This document shows, one piece after another, positions 41,131 to 50,100 of a DNA stretch of 64,000 bases. Made by a program: the position numbers and the translations under genes. Source of the stretch: Parcubacteria bacterium OLB19 (GTDB taxonomy: Bacteria; Patescibacteriota; Minisyncoccia; Phycocordibacterales; UBA918). The first letter of the stretch is position 1. Each line of letters begins with the position of its first letter. Location: NCBI GenBank assembly GCA_001567365.1, contig JZEL01000010.1, positions 15,030-79,029 of the forward strand. Direction: 5' to 3'. The notes beneath the pieces are model-generated. The model worked only from the letters and a program-made list of their open reading frames with translations, was not told where the DNA came from and ran no database searches.

Positions 41131-44100
41131 CTATATACCAACCGCAGTAAAGGTGTTGAGACCGGTGTGTGTAGAATTACTAGTGCCAAATGGTACCGCT
41201 ATACCCCAATAAACTTCGGTTTCAACTGGTGGTGCCACGGTTGTTGGCTTACTTAGATTTAAATCAATTGCCGTAGGTGTACTTGATGACAAGGTGTAAC
41301 AACTCACACAAGCACTATAAGTAAAGGTACTAGTAGCAAGTTTTTGCTGATCAGCTGGTATGTATGAAGTAGCACCATCACTTAAATCAGTCGCTTCAAC
41401 ATCGATGTCTATTGGTGAATTTCCAAGATTTGTCACTGTTGTAGTTGGATTATATGACCCTGTATCAGATTCAACGAGTAAAGAACCATAATTAATCAAA
41501 GAATCAACTTCAAGAGCACGGATAGTGAGGAGTTCGACTCCGGGTGCTGAGGCAAATTCATAACCATCAGTTTGATCTTCAGCCTCTAGATAAGCCAACC
41601 ATTCTTGTCCTTCATATGTATCAGCATCTGTTGCATCAGCATGGAAGTACACATCAGCCAAACAAGACAAGGTACAAGTATTACCTGAACAATCCGTAAA
41701 GCTACAGGCACCATTGGTGGTACTAAGGACATAACAATTATTATTATCTGGTGTACAACTTGGTCCTACTCCACTACGGTAAATAGTGGTGGTGGCATGT
41801 GCCAAATCTGAATAACCATTCATATCAGTCACAGTTCCTGTTGCATAAACCTCAGTTGTAGTACCTGGTGTTAAACTTATGTCTTGACCACCGTTTAACG
41901 ACACTGCCCCAAACACAGGTATAAACCTAGGAGACAACTCTGCTACCTCGGCATAGAAGTCAAGCTCAGTACCAGCATTTGTTACTCGGAAACAATAAGA
42001 ATCGTCGGCATTAATGGTGGTTTTAATTACATACTCAAGTTCTGTATAATAATTTTGTAAGACATCCGTGGCTGTAGTTTCGCTTGAAGGACTTTCAACC
42101 ATCTTACCAGTCACAAATTCACCACTCACATCAGTTAAATGATCTGATGTAGCATCATCATCAGCTATTTGCGAAGAAGTGGCCATACAAACTGGTGATG
42201 TACCACAAGATGCTTGATTCGGTACGGTAGCATAGTTGACAGCATCAACAGAACCACAACTTGGCGCAGAATCCTTAGCAGCATACTCTAAACGGAATTG
42301 TTGACTAGTAATATCAAGACCTGAGTTTTCAATAGAAACACGTAATCTAACATTTTCACCAACATCAGCTGATCCAGCTGTATCTTGGACAGCAACCCAT
42401 GTTGCACCTCCTGTAGTCTGTTCTGATCCCACATAAATTGTCGGAGCTGTATCTACTCTTGGTCTAGAGGTAAAACTATCCCAAGTTCCATTTTGGTACC
42501 AAAAAGCATAACCATAACCACCAGAAGTGTAATTAGTATCATTAGCTGAAACACTGGTTACCAGTGAACCACTACTGTTATATAAGTAAACATCAATATC
42601 GTCATTAGTTTGCCAATCAACGACCACCTCATACCAACCAGTCGAATAGGTAACGGTTGAAGTTGCTAGTACTGTTCCCGACGTATCATTATTTGCCACA
42701 TTCCTTGATAGTGAAATTCTGTCCGTACCAAACTGTTCCAAACAAACCGCATAGTTCTGATTATTAGTTCCTGGTGATTGTACTCCAAACAGTGTACAAG
42801 GTTCATCACTTGTGCCCGATGTGTTAACGTACTGCATATAACGGATAATTTCTCCTTGACTGATGGTTTGATCAAACCTAAAGATACCATCAGTGGTTTT
42901 ACCACTTGTGTTTGTAGGCTTGAGTGAATAGCTACCACCATATACTGGTGTACCAACTGTATTAAATAAAGTTGTATCACCACTATACTCAGCAATATCA
43001 TTGTCTTCAAAATCATCAAAAGCTGTAAACACTTGTTCACCATCACTAATAGATGAAGCAGTTGTACTACCATAATACATTTGCAGTACAGCTTGACCAT
43101 TAGCCGGAAGGCTTGGGATCAATACCCAGACATCGGCTTCAGTGCTAGCAGTGTACTTTTCAACCCAGAATGGAATTGCAGTAACACCATCATCATCAGT
43201 AAAACGAAGATCGGAGAAATCTGATTTCATATCACTATCGTATGTTATAGTAACCTTCACTGAAGTAGAGGCGTAAGTTTGATTGTCATTGTTTTCAACC
43301 CGTATACGCTTTCGCAAATCAAAACTAGTGTCAGCATACCATTCACTGGCCACACCACCTTCTCCACCATCATCATTACGCCAACGATAATGTGTTTGTT
43401 CGGTAATAAGACATGAACTATCATCAAATCTTACTGAACCACAGGCATCTAGACCATCAATATCAAAACCTTCACCGCCGATATTGCCGTAATTATTGGT
43501 GAAGCGCCACGCATTACTGGTTTCCCCTACCAAGGAAACGTTATAACCAGAGATACCTGTAGTAGCGTGGAAACCAACATTATCAAATATCATTGAAGGA
43601 TTAGCATTTAATGTAGTTGAAGACAGTGTAATTAAAGCTCCGGTATCAACCGCTAGATCAAAGTAACCGTCTGACAAATTAGTAATCGAGGAGATATTTG
43701 CTAGCTGTAAACCATTAATATCCAGATCATAGAAAGCATATTGGTTAGCATTTAATTCACCGCCAAGTACTTTAATGGTGTAATTACCATTATCTTGACC
43801 CTGAATATTTGTCACATTACCTGATCCCCCAAGAATTTGCAGAACCCCGCTATTAACAGTTGTGGTGGCTGAAGTTGCCATATAAACATTAACTTGTCTT
43901 TCACTACCAAACAAACTAGTGCCATCAAAATCAGTAGCATAATTCCAATATTCAGTGGTTGTACTGATAGAAAAATCACCGTACACATATAGATTTCCAT
44001 TTACATTGGCATGATCCTGAGAGTAAAGTGAACCAGAACTTGACACTGTGGTACTAGACGCACTGCTGTACCACATCCTTACGTCTGTATTATCACCTAC

Positions 44101-47100
44101 AATCAAAGTCCCATAAGCATCACCGGTAGTAGTTCGTCCATTAACACTAAATGATGAACCATAATTTAACCTGAGAGTTGAGCCAGTCCAAGTTGTATTT
44201 GCACCACCTACAGAATTTGTAAATACACCACCAACAGTAATATTAGCTCCAGACTGTACAGTTAAACTACTGACGTTGGCGATAGTAAAATTATTAGTTG
44301 TGGTGGCACTTTCAAAAGTATAACCACCGGCCGGCGCACCAATTTGTAGATTATAGAAAGCGTTATTACCTACATTAATTGTTCTACCGGTAGTAGTTGA
44401 GTTAAGAAGTACAGTACCAGATGAATGAGTAAACACTCCTGAAGAAGCGAGTAATGAACCGCCAATTGAAGTGGTACCTGTAGCCATTATTACTGTACCA
44501 GTGCTTATAGTTAGTGATTCCAGTAAACTTAGATTAACATCCGAAATAGTAAATGTACCGTTTCCTACAAACTTAACACCGTACAAGTCTGACGAGCTGG
44601 CATGCAATGTAGCAGTTGAGGTAGCAGTAAGAATCAAATCTGATGTATTGTGTGTGATTGCACCACCTGTATTAATAAAATTACTTCCAATAGATAAACT
44701 ACCGGTCGGCAGAGTAACAGTACCGGAATTTATCATCACCTGACCAGTTGCGGTTGCGTTAGTGTCGGTCATATTAAATGAACCAGAACCATTGAAGTAA
44801 AGATTTGCTACATTTGAGCCATTGAACCTGACTGTATTTCCAGCTCCTGTACTAGTAAATACAATTGGACTACCATTAACTGTAAACGAACCTCCCGTTA
44901 CATTAAACGCACCGCCAATAGTGGTGGTAGCAGTTGGTAAGGTAGCGCTACCGCTTGATTGAGAATATGAACCATTAACAGAAAGCGTTGTATCTGTTAT
45001 ATTCCAACTTCCTGATCCAGATAGGGTTAGATTATGGAAACTATTTTCATTAACATCAATCGTTCGTCCTGCCCCAGTAGTAGTGAGAGTAAAAGTAGAA
45101 CTGGCCGATACCAGCTCAGCACTATTACCAAATATCATACTTCCACCTACACTATGAGTTTCGGTAGTCTTGGCTCGGAAACGGCCACTACTTTGTACCT
45201 CCAACGTACCATCTTGAGCTCCACCAGCACCACCACCACTTAGAGTTACATTTCCATTTGGTTCAAATGTCTTTCCAGTCCAAACCAAAAGTTTAGTATT
45301 AGCAGGTAATGTTAAAGTGTCAGGACTACCACTAACAGCTGTAAAAGGTATATCAGCATCATCACTACTATCCCAAACCGCCATATTATCAATAGTAAGC
45401 GGGTCGGTATTCTCATGTCGGACAATTACTCGATTTTCATACAAGTGCATATTAGCAATTGATGATACTGGGGAAACACTGACATTAGCAGCTTTTTCAG
45501 TCTCTCCGTTTATATAAAGAGTTAGCGTATCAGCCGGACTAAAAGCAATATTACTTATGGAATAAGCTCCTGTACCCGCATTACAGGTAGTGTCATACAT
45601 AGTAAGTCCAGCCACTACCAAACGAATATTGCTAGTAGCTCCATCACAAGCTCCAGATACAGTTGAACCTTCATCACTATAAACATTACCAGCAATAGTT
45701 ATTAGAGCGGCTGAATCATCCCAAACCACATAACCTGGATCACCATCAGGATCACTATCAAATCCTTCACCAGCAATATTTCCAATATGGTTAGTGAAGC
45801 GCCATGACGAAACCGATGTGCCAGTAGCAGTCACGTTAATAGCGCCAGTTACCCCACCTCCGGCCTCAAACTTATTATGAGTGAAATTTTTAGCTTGATT
45901 TGCGTCAATTACAGTACCTCCAACAGTCACAGCGGTAGCACTATTTATAGCTACTAAATGATCAGTATAGGAGAAATCGTTAACTGTTGGTGTACCAGAA
46001 AATACTATACCATTGGAATTAACATCTCTAACTTGAACCCGACTCCAAGTGGTTGAAGCGGATGTTCCTATAGTTAAACCAAAGGTTCCACTACCTTGAT
46101 TTTGAATAGTTGTAGTAGCTCCACTTCCACCCACTACTGACAATGAAGCACCTGCCCAAGTTGCACTAGCTCCACTAGCAAGGTAAACATTGGCAACTCT
46201 TTCACTTCCAGACAAACTTGTGCCATCAAAATCTGTAGCGTAACTCCAATAATCACTACCACTAGTACGTAGTAGCTGACCCCAAATATACAAACTTCCA
46301 TTCACATCAGCATGATCTTGTGAGTAAAGTGAACCAGTACTATTCACATTATAAGCAGCTGCATCTGAGCTCCACATTCTAATTTGTGTACCAGCACCCA
46401 CGTTCAAATTAGCATAACTGTCACTAGTGGTTGAGCTATTAATTAGATAAGTACTATTTCCGTATAAATACAATGTTGAACCAGTCCAGGTAGTCTTTGC
46501 TCCACCAAGTCCATTTTCAAACTGTCCACCAACCGCTAAAGTTTGACCGCTACTTAAAGTAAAATCATCATGATTTTGCAGTCTCCAAGTGGTAGCAGTA
46601 GCGTTATTTGTCACATTAAAATCACCGGTACCGTTAATTAAAACTGTACCAAAACTAGAATTACCAGCATTAATATTAGTATTACCAGTTCCAGTAAAAC
46701 GCACAGTTCCGGAATTATTGGTAAAGATACCACCATTAGTCCAATCACCCAGAACTGTAAGGTTGGAACTATTACTTGCTTCAAGTGTACCATTGCTTGT
46801 AATTAACACATCACCACGTATTTCCAAGGTTGGATCATTGGTATTGACATTAAAAGTAGAATTAGCTGAACCACCAATGGTCAAATCATTCAAAACCAAA
46901 ATTCCACTACCAGTACCCGTATAGGTTGGTGAACCAGCACCAGCGTTGAGAATTAAATTATAATAATTTGTACTCGGAACATTAGCACCTGCACCACTAA
47001 AACGAATTGTGCTTGTATCCTCAAGTAAAGTTCCAGTTTCTGTAAAAACAGTTCCACTACCAGCTAAATCCCAAACAGAACTACCGGCATCCAAGAAATG

Positions 47101-50100
47101 GGCGTTACTAATAGTTAATGTGCCAAGAATAGAGGTGGTGGCAGTAGATACCGGGGTTGTTGTTCCAACAATCGAACCATTACCTAAAACTAAATTATTA
47201 AAAGTCCAAGCACTAGTACCACCAAGAGTATTGGTCTTATTAAGGAGAACTGTTCCGCTTCCCATAGACAACACTCCGTTACCACTAATAGAACCATTAG
47301 TCATAACTATATTTCCAGTACCAGTAACTGTTCCTGATGCGACTTGCATATCACCATGGACAGTTAAGTTTGCGCCAATATTCCAACCACCACCGGTTCC
47401 GGAAAATACCAAATTATTGAAAGTAGTGGTAGCAACTGAAGTTATACTCTTACCAGTAGTAGTAGCATTGAAGGTAAAAGTGGAAGAAGCGGTGGTAAAG
47501 GTGGCATTCCCTCCAACAACAAGACGCCCAGACAAAGTATGTGATTCTGTACCTTGTGCTACAAAACTAGATGAAGTGGCTAGAGCTAAAGTTCCTTCAT
47601 AACTATTACTATTTCCATTTCCACCAAGAGTTAAATTACCGTTCGGAGTAAAGGTAGTGCTAGCAAAGACATAAAGTTCAGTATTTGCTTCTGTTGATAG
47701 TGTATTCGGTGATCCAAGAGTGGCAGTAAAACTAATATCCGTGTCATCATCATGGTCATACATACTCATATCAACAATCGCTAAATCATCAACATCCTCA
47801 TGTCGAAGAATAACTCTATTGGCGTATATATCCATATCCGTTACATCGCCAGTTAAGGTTTTTGTAACCACGCTACCCTTTTCACCTCCATTAGTATCTA
47901 GATATACCACCACTCTTGGATCACCAATATACGCCACATTGCTAAAACTATAAGCGCCAGTACCAGCATTACATGAAGTAGAGGAAGCATAGGTTCCGCC
48001 ATCAACAACAATTCGAACATTAGCAGTTGAACCATCACAAACCGGCGCACCCATAGGTGTCAAACCAGCATCACTATAAACTGTACCAGATACAGTAACA
48101 ATGAAAGAAGAATCATCAAAACGTACAGATCCAGGATCAGTATCATTAGCATCATAAGCCTCACCATAAATACCACCAACACCGTCACGGAACCAAATAT
48201 ATGAACTTGGTGTACCAGACAAAGTTACGTTACTGGCTGTGCCTGAGGAAGTGGTAGCAAAACCGATACGATAAAATTGTCCAGACGGATTGGTATCAAT
48301 AGTGGTCGCATCAACCGTCATACCGGTAAGCCCTGGCGCTACATTAAGATAGCCATCACTAAAGGTAGTCAGAGTGGTAGATGAAGTTAGATTTAGTCCA
48401 TAACCATCAGTCCCACTTATAGTAAAATATTGATTATTTAAGGTGGAGTTAGTTGTTGTGAGGGTGTAAGTACCACTAATAGCACTGATGGTTGATGATG
48501 CGGTTGAAGTTCCTATCATTGATAACGAAGCACCAGTCAAGCTAATACTAGAACTTGAAGCCACTTTAACATCAACCTGTCTATTAGCCCCAGTTAAAGC
48601 TACGCCATCAAAATCTGTTGCGACGCTCCAGTATTCAGTACCAGTAGTACGAGCATAATTCCCGTAAATATTTAGATCACCATCAACACCAGCATGATCT
48701 TGAGAATAAATCGCACCAGTAGCTCCACTTGTTACATAGTTGTCGGCACTAGAATTCCACATCTTCACTAAAGTACTGCTAGCTGCCTCTAAAGTTCCAT
48801 AGCTATCACCAGCGTGAGTTTTGGCATTTAAAGTAATCGTACCACCATTCAATAATCTAAGAGTAGACCCTGTCCAGGTGGTATTGGTTCCAGTTGCAGT
48901 GTGAGTAAACGAACCAGAAACAGACAATGTTTTACCACTACCTAGAGTAAATTGCTGGACACTGGCCAAAGTCACCGCTCCAGTAGCTGTGGCATTTTCA
49001 GTAATTGTAAAATCACCGGTAGCACTATTGAAATCCAAACTAACAAATGGTGAATTTCCAGCATTAATTGTTTCACTACCAGCTGTTGAATTAAATCTGA
49101 CTGTACCATTATTTGCATTAAAGTTGGCACTGTTAGTTAATGAACCACCGATATATAGAATGCCACTTGGGAATGTGGTGGTACCATTTCCCAGCAAATT
49201 TAAATTACCGAGCACTGTTACATTAGTATCTGAAAGCGTCCTTGTTGAGGTTGAAGATTCACCATAGACACGTAGATTATTGAAAGATGAACTATTGGTT
49301 CTTACCTCGTTTGCATTTTGTATCAAAAGTACGACTTCACCATTATTATGACTAAATGCGCCGGAACCAGTCACATTCATATCACCAGCTACAGTTAATT
49401 GACCACTAGGTAAGGTCACAGTACCAGACTGAATTCTTAATGTTCGAGAGGTAGTAGCATTAGTATCGGCATAAGACCATGAACCTGAACCTGAAAAGAC
49501 TAGGTCGTAAAATGCATTTAGGAAGGCTGTACCATTTTGCAAAACACTTCTGCCAGCTGAAGTACTAGTCATTCTTACTTCACCGTTATTATGAGCAAAA
49601 GTACCACCAGTATTAAGGAATGAACCCGCAATAGTTGTAGTACCAGTTGGCAGCGTTACAGTACCAGTAGCAATAGTTAGGTTACCATTTAATGCTAGAG
49701 TGGCGGTAGTGAAGGACCATGTACCACCAGTTCCAGCAAAAGTTAAATTATTAAACGCTGAACTACCACGGTTAATCGCCGCACTAGACGTACCTACAAA
49801 CGTTACAGTACCAGTTTGAGGAATAAAGGAATTATTGTTAGTCCATGAACCGTAAACATTTATATTATAGCCAGAACCAGATGCGTTTAAAGTATCATCG
49901 GCTCCTATAGTTACCGACTGCGCTGCTACATTACCACCAAGAGTAATTGTTTTGGTTGTACCATCTACCACCACATAACCCACATTACTACTGCTACTGG
50001 TGGCCTTTGCATCACTCCAAGTATAACTACCAGAGCCATTAAAAGTGGTGGTGGCCAAACCAGACGTATAACCCGAACTGCCTAGTTGCAGATTACCACC

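Noticed and set aside
46589-47602. Long + strand ORFs inside the giant genes, e.g. 46589..46924, 47009..47602 and 44471..44743 (Pro/Leu/Val-rich)
   Set aside because: They lie antisense to a strongly biased Gly/Thr/Ser/Asn-rich coding strand (GGT/ACT/AGT codons read as ACC/AGT/ACT give P/L/V-rich open frames). They have no start context or motifs, and every real gene in the window is on the other strand.
43100-49200. Possible CRISPR array, given the presence of direct repeats
   Set aside because: The repeats are ~2.3 kb long, diverged, in-frame and fully coding. There are no short 24-48 nt repeat/spacer units and no cas genes anywhere in the window.
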